Of a stretch of DNA of 13,788 nucleotides, positions 1-6,866 are shown piece after piece. Each line of letters opens with the position of its first letter. The stretch's first letter is position 1. The stretch lies in assembly GCA_038735675.1 (NCBI GenBank), contig JAVYNJ010000015.1, forward strand, positions 1 through 13,788, read 5' to 3'. The stretch is from Nanopusillaceae archaeon. Its GTDB lineage: Archaea; Nanobdellota; Nanobdellia; Nanobdellales; Nanobdellaceae. The notes under the pieces were generated by a model. It searched no databases, was not told the origin of the DNA, and was given only the letters and a program-made list of their open reading frames with translations. The position numbers and the translations under genes are program-made.

Positions 1-425
1 ATCATAAAATATTGATTTAATTCTATTTCTGAATTTAAAGCTTCTTCTGGAACTATTAATCTATATATATTAACATATTCCCCTAAAACTAAAGTTTTTT
101 CTAATATTTTTGCTTTAGATTGTTTGTTGCCTATTATTTCTAAAGCCAAACAAGTCTTACTAAGAATTTTTCCAAAGATATTTAAATCTAACTCTGAATT
201 ATTAGACAAAGATATAGAAACATAAGATATTGCATTTTTTAATTTCGATACATCCAAAATAATTTTAGATTTTCCAATTAAATTAATTTTTATAATATTA
301 GCAGAATTTTCTCTAAAATTTATAACAAAATTTTCATCTTTTATATTAATTTCCTTTTTATTTATATCTAAATTCTCAAATTCCTTTGGAAAATATTTTC
401 CAAATATTTTAACCAATTCCTCCAT
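1..425 (-). CDS. Partial CDS (N-terminal ~141 codons, continues past the window start); probable SufD-like Fe-S assembly protein
   Basis: Absent from the ORF track because it runs off the window. A reverse-strand ATG at 425..423 opens a frame with no stop down to position 1 (MEELVKIFGKYFPKEFENLDINKKEINIKDENF...SEIELNQYFM). It overlaps the sufB stop by 17 nt and sits directly downstream of sufC-sufB, matching the common sufCBD order. The family call is positional only, since SufD N-termini are poorly conserved. Confidence 0.45.
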   Translation of the reverse strand, partial: MEELVKIFGKYFPKEFENLDINKKEINIKDENFVINFRENSANIIKINLIGKSKIILDVSKLKNAISYVSISLSNNSELDLNIFGKILSKTCLALEIIGNKQSKAKILEKTLVLGEYVNIYRLIVPEEALNSEIELNQYFM

Positions 426-1761
426 ATTTTTCTAAATCTAGATTTATTGCTCTTTTTATTTCTAATTTATATAAATCTGGCAAATTATTAGCTATATCCT
501 CAAAATATCCTAAGATTGCTAGTTTTGTTGCTTTATTTTTTTCTATTCCTTTACTCTCTAAATAAAATATTCTCTCTTCGTCTAAATATTCTGTTTTACT
601 TTCATTATTATAATAGAAATCTTCTTCTTCTATAATAAATCTTGGATAAGATTCTACCTTTCCTGCAAATAAAAGAGATTTACAACTACTATTAACCATG
701 GAATTTTTTGCTCCTTTAGATGCATATATATCTATCCTATGAACTATCTTTGAGTTTTTATCTAAACAAATTCCTATAGAATTTATGATGGCTCTAGAAT
801 TCTTTCCATGAAAATAAACCTTTCCACCGCTATCAAAAATTTGTCCTTCTTTAGCCATCGAAAAGGAATATACTTCTGCTGATGAATTATTATTGAGGAT
901 AACACTAGGATATAACATTGTAACTTTACTACCAAGCTCTACAGAAATCCATCTTATTCTGCCTTCATCTTCAACGTATGCTCTCTTTGTTGGTAAATTG
1001 TATACATTTCTAGACCAATTTTGTAGTGTAATATAATTAACATTAGCATTCTTATGTACATAAACCTCCACAACAGCAGCATGTAAAGAAGCAGTTGAAT
1101 ATATTGGTGCTGAACATCCTTCTACATACGTTAAACTACTATTTTCTTCAGCAATAATTAATGTTCTTTCAAATTGTCCTATACCTTCCAAGTTTATTCT
1201 AAAGTATGCATGAAGTGGTATATCCACTTTTACATTTTTTGGAACATATATAAAAACTCCTCCAGACCAAACAGCGGTATTTAAAGCAGAATATTTATTC
1301 TCTGAATAAGAAATTATCTTTGAAAAATATTTTTTTATAATTTCTGGGTATTCTTTGATAGCTTCCGACATTGACATAAAAATTACACCTATGCTTTCCA
1401 AATATTCTTTTATTTTTCTAAAAATTGGAGATGAATCATATTGAAATACTACACCTCCAAAATATTTTTCTATATATTCTTTATCTAAACCGAGCTTTCT
1501 ATATGTTTCTCTTATAAATTCTGGCAAATCTTCCCACTTAACTGGTTTTGGGTATATTAAAGGAGACCCAAAATATATTATTTTATTAAAATCTATTTTA
1601 GATAAATCTGGACCCCAAGCCGGATTTTCAAGCTTTTTAAAATATTCTAATCCTTTTAACCTATAATCCAAAACCCAATCCGGCTCATCTAAAATACTAT
1701 GTATCTCTCTAACAATTTCTTCATTCAACTCCCCTTTTAATATTTTTTTATATTCACTCAT
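409..1761 (-). CDS. sufB: Fe-S cluster assembly protein SufB
   Basis: 450 aa. The N-terminus (EPDWVLDYRLKGLEYFKKLENPAWGPDLSKIDFNKIIYF) and the EGCSAP motif are typical of SufB. It overlaps sufC by 8 nt in operon arrangement. Confidence 0.88.
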   Translation of the reverse strand: MSEYKKILKGELNEEIVREIHSILDEPDWVLDYRLKGLEYFKKLENPAWGPDLSKIDFNKIIYFGSPLIYPKPVKWEDLPEFIRETYRKLGLDKEYIEKYFGGVVFQYDSSPIFRKIKEYLESIGVIFMSMSEAIKEYPEIIKKYFSKIISYSENKYSALNTAVWSGGVFIYVPKNVKVDIPLHAYFRINLEGIGQFERTLIIAEENSSLTYVEGCSAPIYSTASLHAAVVEVYVHKNANVNYITLQNWSRNVYNLPTKRAYVEDEGRIRWISVELGSKVTMLYPSVILNNNSSAEVYSFSMAKEGQIFDSGGKVYFHGKNSRAIINSIGICLDKNSKIVHRIDIYASKGAKNSMVNSSCKSLLFAGKVESYPRFIIEEEDFYYNNESKTEYLDEERIFYLESKGIEKNKATKLAILGYFEDIANNLPDLYKLEIKRAINLDLEKYGGIG

Positions 1762-2422
1762 AACTTATCTTTCTTATACTTTCTGGCTTTTCAGAACCAA
1801 CTATTTTTCCATTCTTCATAATGTAGAGCTTATCTGGTAAAAAATTTTTAAAAAGACGATTTGTATGAGTAATTATTATTACACACTTCCCTGCTTCTTT
1901 TAATTTTTTTATAATTTCAGAAACTTTCCTTATAGATTCTTCATCTAATCCAGAATCGGGTTCATCAAATATATAAACTTTATAATCTCTTAACAAAGAT
2001 AATAAGATTTCGAATTTTTTTCTTTCTCCTCCAGATAAGCCATAATTTACCCCTCTGTTAATTATATCTTCTGGAAGTTCTAAGTAATGTATTAGGTCTT
2101 CTACTTTTTCTCTATTTTCATAAAAACTTTCTAAAAAGATACCTGTATTTAAATATTCTATTTCTGGAGGATATTGAAAAGCAAAATATATCTTCTCTGC
2201 TATTTTATAAGTTTCTAGATTTGTTATATCTTCTCCATCTAATATTATTTTACCTTCTTTTCTTAATCTTCTATCATTCAGTATTGCTCTAGCTAAAGTT
2301 GATTTTCCAGATCCATTAGGACCAATAATAACAGATATTTCAGAATATTTAAACTCTGCATTTATATTTTCTAAAATCTTTTTATTATCTATCCAAACAT
2401 TTAAATTTTTTATTAAAAGCAT
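1754..2422 (-). CDS. sufC: Fe-S cluster assembly ATPase SufC (ABC-type)
   Basis: 222 aa with Walker A GPNGSGKS, ABC signature LSGGERKK and Walker B VYIFDEPDSGLD. It lies immediately upstream of sufB. It is somewhat shorter than typical SufC (~250 aa). Confidence 0.88.
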   Translation of the reverse strand: MLLIKNLNVWIDNKKILENINAEFKYSEISVIIGPNGSGKSTLARAILNDRRLRKEGKIILDGEDITNLETYKIAEKIYFAFQYPPEIEYLNTGIFLESFYENREKVEDLIHYLELPEDIINRGVNYGLSGGERKKFEILLSLLRDYKVYIFDEPDSGLDEESIRKVSEIIKKLKEAGKCVIIITHTNRLFKNFLPDKLYIMKNGKIVGSEKPESIRKISYE

Positions 2423-2428
2423 AAAGAC

Positions 2429-2968
2429 TTAAATTTTTTCTCTTATTGCTGCTAATCTTTTTCTATTTCTTGGAGTTAATCCTCTCAAAGCTCTTTTTCT
2501 ATGTTTTGGCATAGTAATCCAAGAATATTCTTCTCTAGATAAAATTGATGGTTCATTTGGATCAATTAAAATTACTTCATACCATTTATAAATTCCGTCC
2601 TCTCCAACATAATATGAGTTTAAAACTTCTAAGTTAGGATATTTTCTAGCAGCTCTTTGTTCTGCAATAACTTGTAAAGGTATATCTAAAGGTCTATACC
2701 ATCTATAATTTTTTGGTTTTCTTCCTCTAGGAAATTCTTTTCTTTTTCTCCATCCCTTTTTAACCCTAACTCTAACCAAAATTATTCCTCTAATTGGTTT
2801 CCATCCAAGTCTTCTAGCTCTATCTAATCTTGTTGGTCTTTCTATTCTAACTATTGCTGGCTCTCTTCTCCATCTACTTATTCTTTCTTTCCACAATCTA
2901 ATTAAATTTGGATCTTTAGATTTATTTTTCCAAGTTCTAGAAATATAAAAATAAAAAGATTTTGACAT
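2429..2968 (-). CDS. rpl15e: 50S ribosomal protein L15e
   Basis: 179 aa and highly basic. The sequences YISRTWKN...RLWKERISRWRREPAIVRIERPTRLDRARRLGWKPIRG and YYVGEDGIYKWYEVILIDP match the conserved L15e pattern. Confidence 0.9.
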   Translation of the reverse strand: MSKSFYFYISRTWKNKSKDPNLIRLWKERISRWRREPAIVRIERPTRLDRARRLGWKPIRGIILVRVRVKKGWRKRKEFPRGRKPKNYRWYRPLDIPLQVIAEQRAARKYPNLEVLNSYYVGEDGIYKWYEVILIDPNEPSILSREEYSWITMPKHRKRALRGLTPRNRKRLAAIREKI

Positions 2969-2978
2969 CTTATTTTTG

Positions 2979-3212
2979 TTATTTAGCCTCTTTTTCTTCT
3001 TCCTTAAGCTCCTTTTCTATTTCCGCTAGTTCTTTTTCTAATTTTTTATCTTCATATCCTATCCATAATAATAATAAACCAATTAACAATATAATTGGTC
3101 CTATTGCCCCTTTTAACACAAATATTACTTCCTCTAACCAATAATATATCCCTAATATACCTAATAGAGTTAATACTATTCCTATTATGACTTCGAGCAA
3201 CCATTCTTTCAT
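2979..3212 (-). CDS. Small membrane protein (two predicted TM helices plus a Lys/Glu-rich C-terminal tail), function unknown
   Basis: 77 aa with two clean hydrophobic segments (LLEVIIGIVLTLLGILGIYYW and GAIGPIILLIGLLLLWIGY) followed by KKLEKELAEIEKELKEEEKEAK. It starts with ATG and ends 10 nt upstream of the rpl15e start. I prefer it over two overlapping low-complexity ORFs (2962..3144 +, 3052..3264 -). Confidence 0.5.
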   Translation of the reverse strand: MKEWLLEVIIGIVLTLLGILGIYYWLEEVIFVLKGAIGPIILLIGLLLLWIGYEDKKLEKELAEIEKELKEEEKEAK

Positions 3213-3241
3213 TTAAGTTTTTATATAACAATCTTTTTAAA

Positions 3242-4132
3242 ATGATTGATTTAGATAGTTTCATAAAAGAATTAATAAACCAAATTCCTGAAGGGAGAAT
3301 TTCTACATTTAAATGTATTTCAGATGCTTTAGGGAGTCATTATGCAATAAAATATGTTGCTTCTATATATAAAAAACTTGAATGTCCGTGGTGGAGAGTT
3401 GTTAATGAATCTGGAATTGTAAATGATGATTTTCAAAAGAAAAAGCTAATTGAAGAAGGAATAGAGATTATAAATAATAAAATAGATATAAAAAAATATC
3501 TTTTTAAAGATTTTAAAATAAAAATAAAACCACTAGAATATTTAAGAAAGATTCAAATTGAGATGTCTAAAAAGATTTCTTTAAATGACGAGTTTGAAAA
3601 AATAGAATATATTGGTGGCGTTGATATTGGATATAAAAATAATGTTGCAAAAGTTGTTTATGTAATATTAGACAAAAATCTTATTTTATTGAAAAAGTAT
3701 ATTTTTATAGAAAAGATAGAGTTTCCATATATTCCTACGTTTTTATCTTTTAGAGAAGGAGAACCGATAATTAAAACATTTAATAAAATCGATAAAATTG
3801 ATATTTTATTTGTAAATGGTTTTGGAATAGCCCATCCTGTTAAAATGGGATTGGCAAGTTGGATTGGAGTAAAATTAGATATACCAACAATTGGTATAAC
3901 AAAATCTCTTTTATATGGAAAGGTAGTAGAAGATAAAATAATTGATGAAAAAAGTAACGAAATTTTAGGATATGTTATTAGAAAGTTTAATAAAAAAATT
4001 TATACATCTCCTGGAAACAAAGTTTCGTTAAAAACTTGTAAAGAATTATCAGAAAGATTTTGGATTAAAGGAAATTATCCAGAGCCAATAAGACTTGCTG
4101 ATGAGATTAGTAAAAAAATATCTATTCCTTAA
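3242..4132 (+). CDS. nfi: Fusion protein: N-terminal MGMT/ATL-like DNA-binding domain (no nucleophilic Cys) joined to C-terminal endonuclease V
   Basis: Residues ~1-75 follow the MGMT C-domain pattern (IPEGRISTF..ISDALG...A.KYVA....CPWWRVVNESG...KK.LIEEGI), with PWWRV (nt 3386..3400) where alkyltransferases have PCHRV and ATLs have PWHRV. Residues ~97-296 carry the EndoV motifs GGVDIGY, FPYIPTFLSFREGEP, GFGIAHP, DIPTIGITKS, SPG and YPEPIRLAD. Confidence 0.85.
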   Translation: MIDLDSFIKELINQIPEGRISTFKCISDALGSHYAIKYVASIYKKLECPWWRVVNESGIVNDDFQKKKLIEEGIEIINNKIDIKKYLFKDFKIKIKPLEYLRKIQIEMSKKISLNDEFEKIEYIGGVDIGYKNNVAKVVYVILDKNLILLKKYIFIEKIEFPYIPTFLSFREGEPIIKTFNKIDKIDILFVNGFGIAHPVKMGLASWIGVKLDIPTIGITKSLLYGKVVEDKIIDEKSNEILGYVIRKFNKKIYTSPGNKVSLKTCKELSERFWIKGNYPEPIRLADEISKKISIP

Positions 4133-4523
4133 AAATTTGCACTATTATTTTTTCTCCAACATCCCAAACTAGCACTCTATTTCCTTCTACAATCTTCCCT
4201 TTTAATTCATCATTAACTACTTTTGCTTCAAAAGTTTCATATGTTTCCATATCCATAACCAAATATACATTATCTGAAATTTTAGAAACAACTTGTCCTT
4301 TTATTTTTCTAATAACTGGAACTTCTATTGGATCTTGGGTTGGTTTAACTATTTCGGCAACTTTTCCAGATGTTATAGATCTCATAACAACTCTTGCTTT
4401 TGCAGATCCGTGCTTTCCTGTTTTTGAAGTTTCTATTTCCAATACTTCATAAACTTCGTTATTATACCATACGTATGATCCTTTTCTTAAATCTATTACT
4501 TTTTTTATTTGTATCTCCGGCAT
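4122..4523 (-). CDS. eif5a: Translation initiation factor 5A (aIF5A)
   Basis: 133 aa. SKTGKHGSAKARV contains the hypusine-site Lys in the GKHG loop. The SH3-like N-domain plus OB-like C-domain length is typical of archaeal aIF5A. Confidence 0.9.
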   Translation of the reverse strand: MPEIQIKKVIDLRKGSYVWYNNEVYEVLEIETSKTGKHGSAKARVVMRSITSGKVAEIVKPTQDPIEVPVIRKIKGQVVSKISDNVYLVMDMETYETFEAKVVNDELKGKIVEGNRVLVWDVGEKIIVQIFKE

Positions 4524-4556
4524 AAGATATTAAAAATAAACTAAAATTTAAATAAT

Positions 4557-5753
4557 ATGTTAATTCATAAAGAAATCTTAGATAACGGAATAGAATTATA
4601 TTCTATTCCAATAAAAGGAGTAAATACAATAGGAATTGCTATTGTAGTAAATATAGGAAGTATATATGAAGAATCTGAATATAGAGGAATTTCGCATTTT
4701 TTAGAACATATGATGTTCAAATCAAATAAAAAATATAGTTATGAGCAAATAGATCTTGGGTTAGAATTAAACGGAGGGATTGCAAATGGTTTTACTTCAA
4801 AGGACTATACAGAATATGTTGTAGAATGTTCAAAAGGCGGGTTTGAAAATATTATTGATATTTTGTATTCGATGTTTGAAAATAAAGAATATAAAGAAGA
4901 AGAATTCGAAAATGAAAAAAAAGTAATTATGAGTGAAATAGAAAGAATAAACAACGATCCTGAGAGTAAATTATCTATATTAGTTAAAAAAAGCGTTTTT
5001 GGAGATTCAGATTATGGAGATGATATTGGGGGGACTAGAGAGACAATTCAAAATATAACAAAAGATATTTTAGAAGAATTTAAAGAGAAATATTATACTC
5101 CAAAAAATATGGCAATCTTTTTAGAAGGAAATGTTACTAAAAAAGATATAGAAATTGTTAAAAAATATTTTTCAAAATTAGAGGGAGATAAACCAAAATT
5201 AAAAAAACCTTCTATAGGAAAAGGAAGAGACATAACAGAATATATGGATACGAAAAATCAAATATATTATTCTTTAGGAATAGATTTTAACATAGATGAC
5301 TTCTTTGATCTCTTAACTTTATCTGTATTATTATCTGGAGGAATGTCCTCTAAAACATTTCAAATATTCAGAAATAAATATGGAATAGGGTATCATATTG
5401 ATTTAGGATTTGCAGCTCAGTATCCCGATAAAGTTATATATAATTTAGAGATTCCGGGATTTGAAACTGAAAAAGAAAAAGTTTTGTATAATGCCATAGA
5501 AGATTTTGTAAATTCTAAAGTAGATGAAACCTATATTAATGGAAGACTTAAAAGATATGAATTAAAATTTGAAAAAAAGAGAAAGGATGTATTTGAAAGA
5601 CTTTTAGTAGATCCAATTGGATATAAAAGGTTTAGAGTAATATATGACAACATTTTAGAGATTGTAAAAGAAAAATCAAAAGATTTTGAAAGTTTAAGAA
5701 AAAAATTAGAAAAATTATTGGATGGTTATGAAGTATGGATAAGACAGAAATAA
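4557..5753 (+). CDS. M16 (pitrilysin/insulinase) family zinc peptidase
   Basis: 398 aa. The inverted zinc motif HFLEH is at aa 47-51, and the downstream EKKVIMSEIER places Glu at aa 120 and 127 at the spacing expected for the third zinc ligand region. Confidence 0.8.
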   Translation: MLIHKEILDNGIELYSIPIKGVNTIGIAIVVNIGSIYEESEYRGISHFLEHMMFKSNKKYSYEQIDLGLELNGGIANGFTSKDYTEYVVECSKGGFENIIDILYSMFENKEYKEEEFENEKKVIMSEIERINNDPESKLSILVKKSVFGDSDYGDDIGGTRETIQNITKDILEEFKEKYYTPKNMAIFLEGNVTKKDIEIVKKYFSKLEGDKPKLKKPSIGKGRDITEYMDTKNQIYYSLGIDFNIDDFFDLLTLSVLLSGGMSSKTFQIFRNKYGIGYHIDLGFAAQYPDKVIYNLEIPGFETEKEKVLYNAIEDFVNSKVDETYINGRLKRYELKFEKKRKDVFERLLVDPIGYKRFRVIYDNILEIVKEKSKDFESLRKKLEKLLDGYEVWIRQK

Positions 5754-6379
5754 ATAATATAATAAAAAAAATAATATCTTTTTCTGATAAAATTGAAGAT
5801 AAATTAGCCGCTCCAGAAATATGGAAAAATTTTAAAGATCCATTTAAAGTTTTAATAACAGCAATAATATCTATAAGAGTTAGAGAAGAAACGACAATAA
5901 AAGTTTCTGAGAAATTTTTCAATAGATTTAAAACTTTGGAAGATATAAGAAATTCTAGTGAAGATGAAATAAAAAAATATTTAAAAAATGTTGGATTGTA
6001 TAATCAAAAAGCCAAATGGATAAAAAAAATAGCAGAAATTTGGGATTATAACAAAAGTTGTGATGAAGAATATATAAGATCTCTACCTGGAGTTGGAAGA
6101 AAAGTTGCTAATGTCTATTTGAATATTGTTTGTAATAAAAATTATATTGCTGTGGATTCTAATGTTCATAGAGTTTTAAATAGAATTGGAATTGTTAAAA
6201 CAAAAAATTTTGAAGATACCGAAAAAGAGCTATATTCTTTATTAGATAAAGAGTATTGGAGTTTAATAAACTATTATTTAATAAAATTTGGAAGAAATAT
6301 ATGTAAACCTTTAAAACCCAAATGTAATATTTGTCCAATTAAAGAAAAGTGTAATTATTATAAAAATAAAAAAGAATAA
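5735..6379 (+). CDS. nth: Endonuclease III (Nth, HhH-GPD DNA glycosylase/AP lyase with a 4Fe-4S cluster)
   Basis: 214 aa. The HhH motif LPGVGRKVANVYL includes the catalytic Lys, and VDSNVHRV supplies the Asp. The C-terminal CKPLKPKCNICPIKEKC matches C-x6-C-x2-C-x5-C. The start overlaps the M16 peptidase gene by 19 nt. Confidence 0.88.
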   Translation: MDKTEINNIIKKIISFSDKIEDKLAAPEIWKNFKDPFKVLITAIISIRVREETTIKVSEKFFNRFKTLEDIRNSSEDEIKKYLKNVGLYNQKAKWIKKIAEIWDYNKSCDEEYIRSLPGVGRKVANVYLNIVCNKNYIAVDSNVHRVLNRIGIVKTKNFEDTEKELYSLLDKEYWSLINYYLIKFGRNICKPLKPKCNICPIKEKCNYYKNKKE

Positions 6380-6383
6380 AGCC

Positions 6384-6623
6384 TTATAATTTTACTGTTC
6401 CTTTTACTGCTATTTTTATATCTTCTGGTTTTACTGTTGTTCTCTTTCCATGCTTTGCTAATGCTGCTGCTCTTTGTGCTATTTCAAATGCCAAATCTTC
6501 TAATGCCTGCTTTAGATACTTTACTGCTCTATCAGATACTCTATCAACTCCTGCCTTTTCCCCTCTTGCTTTTAATAACCTTTCTACAGCTGCCATTGGA
6601 ATTCCTCTTTCACCTCTCGCCAT
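6384..6623 (-). CDS. Archaeal histone (HMf-type histone fold)
   Basis: 79 aa. IPMAAVERLLK...RVSDRAVKYLKQALEDLAFEIAQRAAALAKHGKRTTVKPEDIKIAVKG aligns with the HMfB pattern LPIAPIGRIIK..RVSDDA....HAGRKTIKAEDIELAV. It is noticeably more GC-rich than its neighbours, which its Ala/Arg/Gly content explains. Confidence 0.9.
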   Translation of the reverse strand: MARGERGIPMAAVERLLKARGEKAGVDRVSDRAVKYLKQALEDLAFEIAQRAAALAKHGKRTTVKPEDIKIAVKGTVKL

Positions 6624-6746
6624 AATAAATATTTTGTTTGATAATTTATAAAATTTTTTCCTTTTTTAATAAAAAATCAAAAAATTCTGAGAATAAGAAG
6701 TAGTTATCTCTATTTTTCTATATTACTATAATTAGAGACCGTTGAT

Positions 6747-6787
6747 TTTTTCTAATAATATATAAGTTTCCCCTTTTTCTAATAATA
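6747..6787. repeat. Exact 14-nt direct repeat TTTTTCTAATAATA (6747..6760 and 6774..6787, 27-bp period) in the largest intergenic gap
   Basis: Read directly from the sequence. Related TTTTTCTA octamers occur at 6713..6720, and TTTTTCTG at about 6816. The second copy is bracketed by CCCC and GGG. Confidence 0.6.
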
Positions 6788-6833
6788 GGGCTATTCGATT
6801 GAAAAATACAAATATTTTTTCTGATTTTTTCCT

Positions 6834-6841
6834 AAAAAAAA
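6834..6841 (-). terminator. Possible oligo-T archaeal terminator downstream of PCNA
   Basis: A T8 run on the minus strand (plus-strand aaaaaaaa) lies ~26 nt after the PCNA stop codon. T-runs are common in DNA this AT-rich, so support is weak. Confidence 0.3.
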
Positions 6842-6866
6842 TAAATTTTTTTGATATATCTTAATT

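Noticed and set aside
2962-3264. Two further ORFs (2962..3144 + and 3052..3264 -) overlap the 77-aa membrane-protein ORF.
   Set aside because: They are mutually exclusive with the 2979..3212 (-) ORF. That ORF has two clean TM helices and a coherent charged tail, and it fits between rpl15e and the divergent nfi start. The 3052..3264 ORF would also run over the nfi start codon. The + ORF is Ser/Phe low-complexity.
4557-5753. The M16 peptidase could be an inactive (beta-subunit-like) paralogue.
   Set aside because: The HxxEH motif (HFLEH) and the downstream Glu-containing EKKVIMSEIER segment are intact, so it looks catalytically competent.
5632-5922. A 96-aa ORF antisense to the M16 peptidase/nth junction. 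Similar antisense ORFs lie at 6437..6625 (+, opposite the histone), 7030..7443 (+, opposite PCNA) and 10745..10984 (+, opposite the methyltransferase).
   Set aside because: All lie entirely within strongly supported genes on the other strand. They translate to low-complexity Ser/Phe/Leu/Ile-rich sequence with no motifs. Long shadow ORFs are expected opposite Lys/Glu/Asn-rich genes in AT-rich DNA.
6384-6623. The elevated GC content of the histone gene could be evidence of horizontal acquisition.
   Set aside because: The GC excess follows from its amino-acid composition (many Ala, Arg and Gly codons). Third positions still look A/T-biased, and the gene is a core chromatin component in normal context.
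6713-6830. The repeated TTTTTCTA-type motifs in the intergenic gap could be a degenerate CRISPR array or a minimal C/D sRNA.
   Set aside because: The repeats are only 8-14 nt, irregularly spaced (34/27/42 bp) and A/T-only, unlike 24-37-nt CRISPR repeats with unique spacers. No RUGAUGA C box exists on either strand of the gap; only CUGA tetramers occur, which are expected by chance.
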